Of a stretch of DNA of 56,648 nt, positions 47,018 to 54,995 are shown piece by piece. The notes under the pieces are model-generated. The model saw only the letters and a program-made list of their open reading frames with translations. It was not told the DNA's origin and did no database searches. Source of the DNA: a virus (Duplodnaviria > Caudoviricetes); IMG/VR virus record IMGVR_UViG_3300038678_000070, positions 1-56,648 of that record. One strand, 5' to 3'. Numbering within the stretch: position 1 is the stretch's first letter; every line of letters starts with the position of its first letter. Made by a program: the position numbers and the translations under genes.

Positions 47018-47306
47018 GGTATTCGTAAAGATATAGGGATTTATTTTCAGTCGAATTTACGAGTGCCCTTCTGACTACGATTAAACTGTAAACCCCGTCA
47101 ACTTTTGGCAGGCTGATAATTAGTTCATGCCCTTTTCGTGGCATTTTTTCAGCTAGTCTATAGTTGGTGTTTAATATTTCATTGACTTGATCTTTAGTGT
47201 AAAGGTTATAAAAACCTGATTTGTATAATCCTGATTTTAGGAAGCTATTCGCCTCCTTGATTATTTGCGGATTTATTTGTTGTTCGACTGGAGTGTTAAT
47301 TTTCAT
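47001..47306 (-). CDS. Early hypothetical protein
   Basis: ORF track; AGGATAAGACA leader. Confidence 0.65.
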   Translation of the reverse strand: MKINTPVEQQINPQIIKEANSFLKSGLYKSGFYNLYTKDQVNEILNTNYRLAEKMPRKGHELIISLPKVDGVYSLIVVRRALVNSTENKSLYLYEYLERID

Positions 47307-47336
47307 TGTCTTATCCTATTTGTTGGTTAGTAGTTA

Positions 47337-47528
47337 TTACATAGTTACTGAAATATACTTTCGGGTTTTGATGTTCTTAAAGTAATCCCTGTCATCCTTA
47401 CTGTACATATACATCCAGCTTCCAGCATAGTTATAATCTTCTGACTTATCCGGGTCAGAGTGAAAGGTTCCTTTATGAATTGCGTTATCAAATGCCCATT
47501 GTTCAAGGTTGACGTGGTAGCTTGTCAT
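47337..47528 (-). CDS. First early hypothetical protein
   Basis: AGAGGACAAGACA leader; just downstream of promoter. Confidence 0.65.
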   Translation of the reverse strand: MTSYHVNLEQWAFDNAIHKGTFHSDPDKSEDYNYAGSWMYMYSKDDRDYFKNIKTRKYISVTM

Positions 47529-47577
47529 TGTCTTGTCCTCTTTAGTTTGGTTTGCTTTCGCTCCTTAACACTCTACA

Positions 47578-47605
47578 AGTATACTATCCTTTACGGCAGA
47601 GTCAA
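47578..47605 (-). promoter_or_regulatory. Leftward sigma70-type promoter
   Basis: TTGACT-16-TATACT at the strand switch. Confidence 0.7.
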
Positions 47606-47664
47606 TAGGTTTAATGTCACAATTGTGTCACAGTTAGATTAAAATATTTTAATGTTGAAAGGTA

Positions 47665-47693
47665 TTGACAAGGCGTGTAGATTGCATTACATT
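47665..47693 (+). promoter_or_regulatory. Rightward sigma70-type promoter
   Basis: TTGACA-17-TACATT. Confidence 0.7.
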
Positions 47694-47697
47694 ATTA

Positions 47698-47797
47698 GGT
47701 GAGAGTCAGAGTCGAAAGAATCTAAGATAGTTTAATGGCATCCACTGGTTTATAGGGCTTCGACTCCCTGACTCGCCAGTGGGTGTCATTTTTTTTG
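47698..47797 (+). terminator. Attenuator-like leader with terminator
   Basis: ATGGCATCCACTGG/CCAGTGGGTGTCAT followed by a T run; loop complementary to upstream GAGTCAGAGTCGAA. Confidence 0.55.
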
Positions 47798-47884
47798 AGG
47801 TTAAGTTATGAGTGAAACTACAATGGTTGCTTTGGGGTTTGCGCTTGGCGTTGTAATAGGGTTTGTTGGCATATTGGTGGCGTT

Positions 47885-48097
47885 ATGAGATTAAAGCATT
47901 GCAACGGCAAGATAAAGAAGGGTGGCAAGATTCACGAGGTATCGGAGTTTGCCGGGTATAAGGAAACGAAGTGCGGGATCAGGTTTGACGGGATTATATT
48001 CTCCCCTGGCAAGCTGGACTCTGAAAAAGTTTCTTGCAAGAATTGCTTTAGTTTGATATGGTCTACGAATAGCTTGGAAAAGTCACATATCTTTTAG
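47885..48097 (+). CDS. Hypothetical protein
   Basis: ORF track; H...CG...CKNC. Confidence 0.55.
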   Translation: MRLKHCNGKIKKGGKIHEVSEFAGYKETKCGIRFDGIIFSPGKLDSEKVSCKNCFSLIWSTNSLEKSHIF

Positions 48098-48099
48098 CA

Positions 48100-48800
48100 G
48101 GATATCCACCCGTTGAGACTTTAAGGCCGTAAGGCCGGAACCGTCAATGGTAAGGGATAAGGGATTGCCGGGTAACTCTGTACGCGCCAGTCAACCGCCA
48201 ATCAGTTCAGATAGACACATTGCCGGGTGTCATATCTTTTTTTATTCGCCCGGTCTATAAAGGGCGTGTTGTATCTAAAATCAGTGGAGCGTTAGCGTAA
48301 CTGACACCTTTGAAGCTTTCCGCTTTGCCTGTCGGCAGCGTCAAGCGTAAGCCGACTGAAGAAAGGCAACTCTAAAGGAAAGCGTATTAGGGTGTGATTA
48401 ACAGAATACAAAAGATAATGAACATGAGCAACTATCCTCTTGGCGAGGAAGTTGCCTCAATCAGTTAGTAGTCGTTTAAACATATAGATTTATATGCAAA
48501 TGTGTTGTTAAGGTATATGGTTAAGACTATTAGAATCATTCTCAAAATCATATCCACAGTGTCTCCCTGAATGTTTCACACGATGTTTCACAGAGCATTG
48601 GAAGTGTTCAACTCATTACCTTCGGCAATTCATTGAACTAAGAACTTAAGGTATGTTTGTATTAATGTTTGAGTATAGATTTGTAGGTGAGATTGGATGT
48701 AAAAAATGTGTATATGGGAGGGGGGGGGGGCTGGGATTGAGGTACCCCTGTAAGTTTGAGTCCAAACCCCGCATGTCATTTCTAATAAAAACCATATAAT
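48100..48800. other. Large non-coding region, candidate replication origin / control locus
   Basis: Hairpins, AT-rich tract, DnaA-box-like nonamers, G-run; no credible ORF. Confidence 0.5.
48209..48243 (+). terminator. Rho-independent terminator
   Basis: AGATA-GACAC...GTGTC-A-TATCT followed by a T run. Confidence 0.55.
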
Positions 48801-48813
48801 ACTTCTAAACAAC

Positions 48814-48841
48814 TTGACAACGGCTGATGATGTGGTATACT
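48814..48841 (+). promoter_or_regulatory. Sigma70-type promoter
   Basis: TTGACA-16-TATACT with extended TG. Confidence 0.7.
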
Positions 48842-48848
48842 AGTATAT

Positions 48849-49274
48849 ATGATATCTACTACGTTTGACAACGCATGTACTTGCGACCGAACAACGACAG
48901 AGATATGCGAGGTGCATGACTACAGGCGCAGAGCTACAAGCTACGATGAGCATGCGTACACCTCAACGACAGCAGACGTCTATGACTACCAGAGTCCTGC
49001 TATACAGTGCTTGAGCAGACGTATGCGTCGTGTCAATGCCGTCTACGCAAGGCGTGAACTAAAATTAAAAAAAGGCTTCAACCACTGGAACAAATACCAC
49101 CGGCACTACCAGTTAGCTAGGGCTTGGTCTGAATACTGGAGAAAACTATTGCCTGTGTGTGTTGCAGGTTACTTGCCGCACATCTCCCTTGTCTCTACTT
49201 GCAGGACAGACCATTCCGGGGCTTACCGGGACCGCATGGTCAACAAGAGAAAAAGGTTCTTGCGATCACTTTGA
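48849..49274 (+). CDS. Hypothetical protein (possibly leaderless)
   Basis: ORF track; ATG 8 nt after -10. Confidence 0.45.
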   Translation: MISTTFDNACTCDRTTTEICEVHDYRRRATSYDEHAYTSTTADVYDYQSPAIQCLSRRMRRVNAVYARRELKLKKGFNHWNKYHRHYQLARAWSEYWRKLLPVCVAGYLPHISLVSTCRTDHSGAYRDRMVNKRKRFLRSL

Positions 49275-49332
49275 CTTCCCACATGTTCTTCATCATGTTT
49301 TCCAATGCTAACAAGATAGCTCAATAAAATAT

Positions 49333-49361
49333 TTGACAAAACAGAGAACAGGCAGTATACT
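49333..49361 (+). promoter_or_regulatory. Sigma70-type promoter
   Basis: TTGACA-17-TATACT. Confidence 0.75.
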
Positions 49362-49367
49362 TGTACT

Positions 49368-50008
49368 ATGAATAATAAACCGCCAACATTACCAGACAGT
49401 GAGCTTATTAAGCTATACCAAGAGACACTACGTGAGGAGTACAGAATAAACAGTGCCCTGACAGAAGAGAATGAGGGTCTAAGGATAGAATTGCTTGACT
49501 TAAAGATACAGATAACCAATGGCGTCCCTGATACGGTGTACAAATTGATCGAGGAGAACATGAAGCTAAGGAATACAGATGAACGGCATTAAAACAGGTT
49601 CACACGGACGCAGGAACACGCCCGGTGTTCATGCTGACGCCTGCGAGAAATGCGGCGCTCTCAAAGAGTACGACGTCTCTGGTTCTTTAGTTGTTATGAA
49701 TCAAGGGCACGGCAGGGTATGTCCTAAGTGCGATGTTGTATGGGACGAAGAGCTAGTTAAAATTTTTAAAAAACACAAAATACCACTGTACCCAGGAGAA
49801 AAGAATGCTGATGAGAGATGAACGGTTCACTAAGGTCAACCTAGAACATCTAAAACAAGAGAAGAGAGAGTGGGAGACTTCTGGCCCTGTGGTGATCAGC
49901 AGTGACTTTGGATCGTTGGTCGGTCATGCAATACAGGAAATCGAGATGCACAGGAAGTTCCAGAAGAACTACCAAGACTACGTTAAGTTTGTTGTAGGTG
50001 GTGGATGA
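49368..50008 (+). other. Three short hypothetical CDSs (49368-49592, 49579-49821, 49805-50008)
   Basis: ORF track; overlapping operon-like arrangement. Confidence 0.6.
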
Positions 50009-50087
50009 TGGAAGACATACAACCGTGGGTCAATCTATTTATAATAATCTTGATACCAGCAGCTATTATCTTTCTACTATCACAGGA

Positions 50088-50306
50088 CTAACTACCTCCA
50101 ATCTCCTCAATGATCTTCCATTCCCATTCTTTCTGCTTGACAACCTTAGCCTTCGGCAAGTTTTTATAGGATAACCCGCAGTCAGAGCAGACGTAGCCGT
50201 CTAGCTCCTCTATGTCAGGGCCCCCGTCCTCGTCTTCAGTAATTGTCACCGTCTGGGCTACGAGTTTGCCAAAACACACAATGCAATGTATCTGTCGCTT
50301 GCTCAT
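50088..50306 (-). CDS. Zinc-ribbon hypothetical protein
   Basis: CIVC...CSDCG. Confidence 0.6.
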   Translation of the reverse strand: MSKRQIHCIVCFGKLVAQTVTITEDEDGGPDIEELDGYVCSDCGLSYKNLPKAKVVKQKEWEWKIIEEIGGS

Positions 50307-50319
50307 GCCTCTACCTCCC

Positions 50320-50868
50320 TTAACAGCCAGCGTCCTTCTGTTCAGTTTTAATGCAGTCGTCTAACCACGGGTGACGCCCGTTTGCTGTGCCTTCTTGGTG
50401 AGTAAATCTATCTGTCTCGACAAAAGCCTTATCCCTAAACTCCCCGTTCTCATAGAAAATACCGTTCTTCCAGTAGCCAGGAACACCCGGTAGTCTTATA
50501 ATCCCGTCATATTTCATGCTATCAGGAGTCGGAGCGCCAGCGCTGAATCCTCCTGGAAGATCTCCTGAGCGCTCTTCCTCTTCATCCAATATTACCACGG
50601 CAAGTAAGCTGTAAACAGCTAGATCTATGAGACTGTCCCTGAAAGACTCGTTGACCAAGTTGCCTTTCTTCAAGAAACTCTCAATACGGCACATCTTGTC
50701 CTGAATCCTTGTGACTGTCCCGACAATAGGGTCAAGCCCTAACCTTGTGCAGTTCTTCAGGTTCGCCAACGGATCTTCGTCCGTGGCGTAGTCCTGATTT
50801 TTCTTGTCGTGCATCACCTTGATCTCATCTAACAGCTTGTCAAATGCTGGGTTACGAGCCATTGTCAT
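50320..50868 (-). CDS. DUF1599 / nucleotide-modification-associated domain 1 protein
   Basis: KKNQDYA...RIQDKMCRI...ESFRDSLIDLAVY. Confidence 0.78.
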   Translation of the reverse strand: MTMARNPAFDKLLDEIKVMHDKKNQDYATDEDPLANLKNCTRLGLDPIVGTVTRIQDKMCRIESFLKKGNLVNESFRDSLIDLAVYSLLAVVILDEEEERSGDLPGGFSAGAPTPDSMKYDGIIRLPGVPGYWKNGIFYENGEFRDKAFVETDRFTHQEGTANGRHPWLDDCIKTEQKDAGC

Positions 50869-51040
50869 CGTCCTCCCCTAAACGTCGTCCGTGCATCTCT
50901 GAAGGTTTTTCTAAATTTCCGTCCTCATCATGGATATCCCAGTAATGAGATGGTTTTCCGTCTAACACGTTCTGGAAGTCTTTCACGATATCCTTGATTT
51001 CCGCTTCCTCCAGCAACTCATCTTCTTTGTTTTTATCCAT
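50852..51040 (-). CDS. Acidic hypothetical protein
   Basis: ORF track. Confidence 0.55.
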   Translation of the reverse strand: MDKNKEDELLEEAEIKDIVKDFQNVLDGKPSHYWDIHDEDGNLEKPSEMHGRRLGEDDDNGS

Positions 51041-51233
51041 TGTTTTTCCTCTTGTTTTCGTTTAAAGAAGTTTGGATGAACTTGAGCAACCGCTCTCCAC
51101 GACCTGACATAACCATCCTAAACGGCGATACCCCGCCTAAAAGCGGGTTATCCGCCATGTACCATTGGTTAGATTTATTATGGTCTTTGAAGAACTTGTT
51201 TACTGCTCTGATAGGTATCTCGTGGTCTGTCAT
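51033..51233 (-). CDS. Xre/MbcA/ParS antitoxin C-terminal-like domain protein
   Basis: F.D...W...DNPLLGGVSPFRMV.SG pattern. Confidence 0.65.
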   Translation of the reverse strand: MTDHEIPIRAVNKFFKDHNKSNQWYMADNPLLGGVSPFRMVMSGRGERLLKFIQTSLNENKRKNNG

Positions 51234-51418
51234 TCTATTCTATGTCCTTCAGTTAAAAATTTCGGCTCAACCCAATCGTAATAAGGGGAAGACTCGCCGC
51301 ACCAGTGGCAAACGTAGTAATACAAATAATGTCCGTAAGCATCTTCTTCGTTCTTAATTCTCTCAATGACGCCGTTCTTGCCGTTCACGTTATTGTAAAC
51401 TTTAGCTCCGATAATCAT
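51230..51418 (-). CDS. Hypothetical protein
   Basis: ORF track; ATGA coupling. Confidence 0.6.
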   Translation of the reverse strand: MIIGAKVYNNVNGKNGVIERIKNEEDAYGHYLYYYVCHWCGESSPYYDWVEPKFLTEGHRIE

Positions 51419-51897
51419 TCTTCTACCTCGTTTAGGTTAGCGTATTCGCCAAAATATCGCTTCGCCATGACGTTATAAGCCAGACCAGCTCCCTCCTCTG
51501 TGAAGAACCACTTGATCAACGCTTTTTCTCCTTTTTTGCGAAGCTGGGCACACCATCTCCGCTTGCCAGCCGCCTTGTAGGTCACACCCTTGTATTTTGA
51601 TAGATTGCCATCAGATCGTTTCTTTTGATTTATGCAATTCTGAGATCTAGTCGCAACCCGCAGATTGCCTCGCCTGTTGTCCAGCTTATCTCGGTTGATG
51701 TGGTCTGTGTCGACCCCCTCTTCAGGGTTTAATACGGCACGGTGCATGTATATTTTACCTTGCTTCCCGTTGTCCTTCCGAAAATTTCTCAACGCGTACC
51801 CTTGATGGTGATAGTACCATTGATGCTTTGATAATTCATCAAAATCTTCATCGTCCACCAAAGCAAATTTACCCCTACTTAATTCTATTTTTTTCAT
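51415..51897 (-). CDS. HNH-AP2 homing endonuclease (copy 5)
   Basis: LSRGKFALVDD; TDHINRDKLDNRRGNLR; SKYKGV; YFGEYA. Confidence 0.92.
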   Translation of the reverse strand: MKKIELSRGKFALVDDEDFDELSKHQWYYHHQGYALRNFRKDNGKQGKIYMHRAVLNPEEGVDTDHINRDKLDNRRGNLRVATRSQNCINQKKRSDGNLSKYKGVTYKAAGKRRWCAQLRKKGEKALIKWFFTEEGAGLAYNVMAKRYFGEYANLNEVEE

Positions 51898-51903
51898 ATT
51901 CTC

Positions 51904-53121
51904 CTATTCTGGGATTGAAACCCAATTTGTTGGCTTGCCTCTGTGTTTCTCCTCGTGGAGATGAACAGGCATTGATATTGTGATCCCACGGGTGGGGTGT
52001 GTTAGCCACAACGCTTGTTGTGGATGTTCAAAAGAAAAATTATTTGCCCAAGCGTAACAGTCGTATCCCTTCAATGAACCATTCACAATAACACGACTCA
52101 TCTGCATCAATTGATGGAAATGCCCAAGGAGAAGAGTATCGTAGGGCTGGTCTATTTGCCCTTGACGTGTCCTTTTCCTGTGATCGCCTCGAATAATAGG
52201 TCCGAGGCTTCCGATCATTCCGTCTCCACCCCGAAACTGATCTCCGTGGGACAACAAGTACCTATGGTTGTAAATTTTAAAATAGGCGTCACTGCCGTCT
52301 GATATCAAAAACGATACCCGCTTGTCATTTTTGTACCGCTTCTGTAACAAGCAGGCGATAAGCCAGTCGAGATTCGTGTAGACCCGGTTCTTATTTCTCG
52401 GCTTACGCGTCAAGCGGCCATGATTCCCAGTTACAGCAGGGACAAATACTTTAGGGAAGTGCAATAATAGTGTATCCACCATCCAAGACAGGCAATCGTA
52501 AAGCTCGACCACGGTTTGAAGGCCGGAAATCTCGTTTGTCTCGCTCAATTCCTCGTGGATGTCCCCAGAAGTCATGTCACCTCCTAAAATCAATACAATC
52601 CCCGGATAAACCGGGTCTGTCAGGTGATTTTTCAACAGGTTGACCGTATTTTCGACCAATCGGCGGATTCTGGCCTTCGCAATCTTCACGCTGTACGAAT
52701 TCTTCCCGGCAATCTGGTCTGGGTCGACGTATTCACCGAAATGCCAGTCAGAGCAGAACAAGGAAGGGATACCTGGCAAATGGTCGTGTTTCTTTGGAGC
52801 TTTGAGTATCCATGACGGAGGATCGGCCTCTAAAGCGCCGATCTTCATAATCCTATCTTTTATCATCTTGGCATCAAGGCTCTCCTTTTCTATCATGACT
52901 ACATGTTTCTTCAACTCCTTTACTTGGCGCTTCAAAGCCTGCAATTCAGACTCTACCTTGGATACTTGAGGCTTGAACCCTTTCTTTAGGCCAATGCGGT
53001 TCCTATCTCTGAGCGTCGCGGCGGGAACGCCGGACTCCCTCTCAGCATGATACGTCGTCCCGTATCTGTAAAGAAGATCAACGGCGCTCTGAAGGTCTTC
53101 GTCCTTATGTTTCATCGCCAT
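51904..53121 (-). CDS. Calcineurin-like metallophosphoesterase with N-terminal HTH/coiled coil
   Basis: SDWHFG, GGD..SG.IH, GNHGR, HGD, GHFH motifs. Confidence 0.88.
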   Translation of the reverse strand: MAMKHKDEDLQSAVDLLYRYGTTYHAERESGVPAATLRDRNRIGLKKGFKPQVSKVESELQALKRQVKELKKHVVMIEKESLDAKMIKDRIMKIGALEADPPSWILKAPKKHDHLPGIPSLFCSDWHFGEYVDPDQIAGKNSYSVKIAKARIRRLVENTVNLLKNHLTDPVYPGIVLILGGDMTSGDIHEELSETNEISGLQTVVELYDCLSWMVDTLLLHFPKVFVPAVTGNHGRLTRKPRNKNRVYTNLDWLIACLLQKRYKNDKRVSFLISDGSDAYFKIYNHRYLLSHGDQFRGGDGMIGSLGPIIRGDHRKRTRQGQIDQPYDTLLLGHFHQLMQMSRVIVNGSLKGYDCYAWANNFSFEHPQQALWLTHPTRGITISMPVHLHEEKHRGKPTNWVSIPE

Positions 53122-53149
53122 GCCTAGCTCCGGGTTAAGTAGTTAAAAT

Positions 53150-53178
53150 ATTATAAGCTATTTTGGGCGTACTTGCAA
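53150..53178 (-). promoter_or_regulatory. Sigma70-type promoter
   Basis: TTGCAA-17-TATAAT. Confidence 0.65.
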
Positions 53179-53234
53179 TAGCTAACTTGTAGATTATTCT
53201 TATTAAGAATAATGGGGGGGGGTGTTATTTATAC

Positions 53235-53263
53235 TTGACACAATAGTAAAAACTATGTACAAA
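53235..53263 (+). promoter_or_regulatory. Putative promoter of the terminase operon
   Basis: TTGACA-17-TACAAA, divergent from 53150-53178. Confidence 0.5.
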
Positions 53264-53289
53264 ATTACTAGTAACGAAAAAGGAGCGAC

Positions 53290-54035
53290 ATGATTACGCA
53301 AGAAGTAGATGAAACTATCGCCGTGTATCATAGGCAGAGAAGCGCTTTGATTAATGTTATTAGGCGGAACAACGGGCAACTTCATCAGGATAATTTTGAC
53401 GAGATCTTTAGAGATCGAATGAAAGTGTACTCATTCTATCTTGGCAGAGGGCCGATTCCCCAAACTAGACAGACAGTGATCCTAGGCGCAATGTTACAGC
53501 AGTCAGATTGGCATAAATGGCTGTCTTTGTTGCAACACATGGTATCAATCAAAGATAGCGTGCGGTTGGAAGTGAAAGACAAGGAATGCGTGTACGTGTT
53601 AATGCGGGGCTGACCAAGGGATTGAGTTATGTGGTTTATAGTGCTAATTATTCTGTTAGGCCCAGCGCAGGATACAGAGCGGGCCGAGATCTCATTCGGA
53701 AAGTTTAAAAATCTCGACGACTGCATATTCGCCAGGGACTTCTTGACCGACCCTATGTTCAATAAAAGCAAGAACCTTGAAAAAGTGCAGATATATTGTA
53801 AACGAGAAGAAGAGGAGAAAAAAGCGTAATGAGTATTTGTCGCAAGGAATACATGAAAAATTATCAGCGAGAGCGCCGTAAAAAGCATAATGTCCGTCTT
53901 TTGTGTGTCGAATTATTCGGCCCAGAGGAACACGCTATTCTTGATGAGCTACGCTACCACGCAGAGAACCAGAACACGACTATACGTGACTTGGTTGTGA
54001 TGTCTCTGAAAGGGGCTTGCGCTCATGAGCAATGA
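53290..54035 (+). other. Three hypothetical CDSs (53290-53613; 53629-53829 exported; 53829-54035 possible DNA-binding)
   Basis: ORF track; RBS and coupling. Confidence 0.6.
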
Positions 54036-54657
54036 GAAAAAAGAAAAGAGGGTCTTCCCGGTAAACGCAGACGGGGACAAGTACAACCCGGACACGGGTC
54101 GTATATATAAGAAGCAAAGCGCCTTGTCTACACGCGACCCTGAACGTGACAAGATCGTCATCAAGAAGAGAAAATCAAACGCAGGCAGGAAAGCGTTTAA
54201 AAATAAAAAGCTTGAAGTCACTGACGAGATGCGTGAGCAAGTTCGGGTCTGGGCTTCTAATAAAGGCACCAGCGTTCAAACTATAGCCAGATTGCTCGGC
54301 ACGGAGGTAAAGACGGTCAACCAGAAATTCACGCTGGAACTTAAGGAAGGCAAGGAAATGTGCGTGGCGAGAGTCCACGCTAAGATTTACGAGCAAGCCA
54401 TGTCTGAGAAGCGTGACAGCTTGACGGCTCAGAGCCAGAAAATGTTTATGCAGAACGTAGGTGACTGGAAGAATACCACTCAGATTATGGATTCTCAGCA
54501 CGGAGGGAATACTGAGAACATAATGAAAGGGATGACTGAGACAGAGAAGATGCAAAGGTGGTTATCAATCAACAAGGGCATCGCCGCGGAACATAAAGAA
54601 GACAATAAAAAAGCTAAGGTTGACAAAGTAAAACCTAAAAATATCGAGTTCAATTGA
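54025..54657 (+). CDS. terS: Terminase small subunit
   Basis: NAGRK, HTH-like IARLLG, ELKEGK...IYEQAM; upstream of TerL. Confidence 0.7.
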   Translation: MSNEKKEKRVFPVNADGDKYNPDTGRIYKKQSALSTRDPERDKIVIKKRKSNAGRKAFKNKKLEVTDEMREQVRVWASNKGTSVQTIARLLGTEVKTVNQKFTLELKEGKEMCVARVHAKIYEQAMSEKRDSLTAQSQKMFMQNVGDWKNTTQIMDSQHGGNTENIMKGMTETEKMQRWLSINKGIAAEHKEDNKKAKVDKVKPKNIEFN

Positions 54658-54995
54658 TGAGAAAAAGTATAAACCACGGATCTATGTTGCCTTTTGGGTA
54701 CGGGGTGGCTTGGTTTGACGGTTGTAGGGCTGAATATATTTGTTACCCTTGGCCGTTTAATATTTCAATAAGTTTGGTCAGAAAGATCTGGTTGTTTTGT
54801 AGATACAGATATTTTAAATGGCAGTATGACCACATGATGTGCATATTTTTACCTCCATACGGAGAAGTTAGACTGATTAATAATGAGAGCAACCGGATGT
54901 TGCTATCGGAACTAAAAGGATATAAAGAAGCTTTTGATAAAATATACAAAGAAAGCCAAGATTTAAAAAAGACAATCAATGACAACAAAAGCTGA
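54654..54995 (+). CDS. Hypothetical protein between terS and terL
   Basis: ORF track; AT-rich. Confidence 0.55.
   Translation: MMRKSINHGSMLPFGYGVAWFDGCRAEYICYPWPFNISISLVRKIWLFCRYRYFKWQYDHMMCIFLPPYGEVRLINNESNRMLLSELKGYKEAFDKIYKESQDLKKTINDNKS

Noticed and set aside
48112-48155. Hammerhead ribozyme (GGCC-GTAA-GGCC-GGAA); similar GTC...GAAA pattern in element B
   Set aside because: The required CUGANGA core is absent in both
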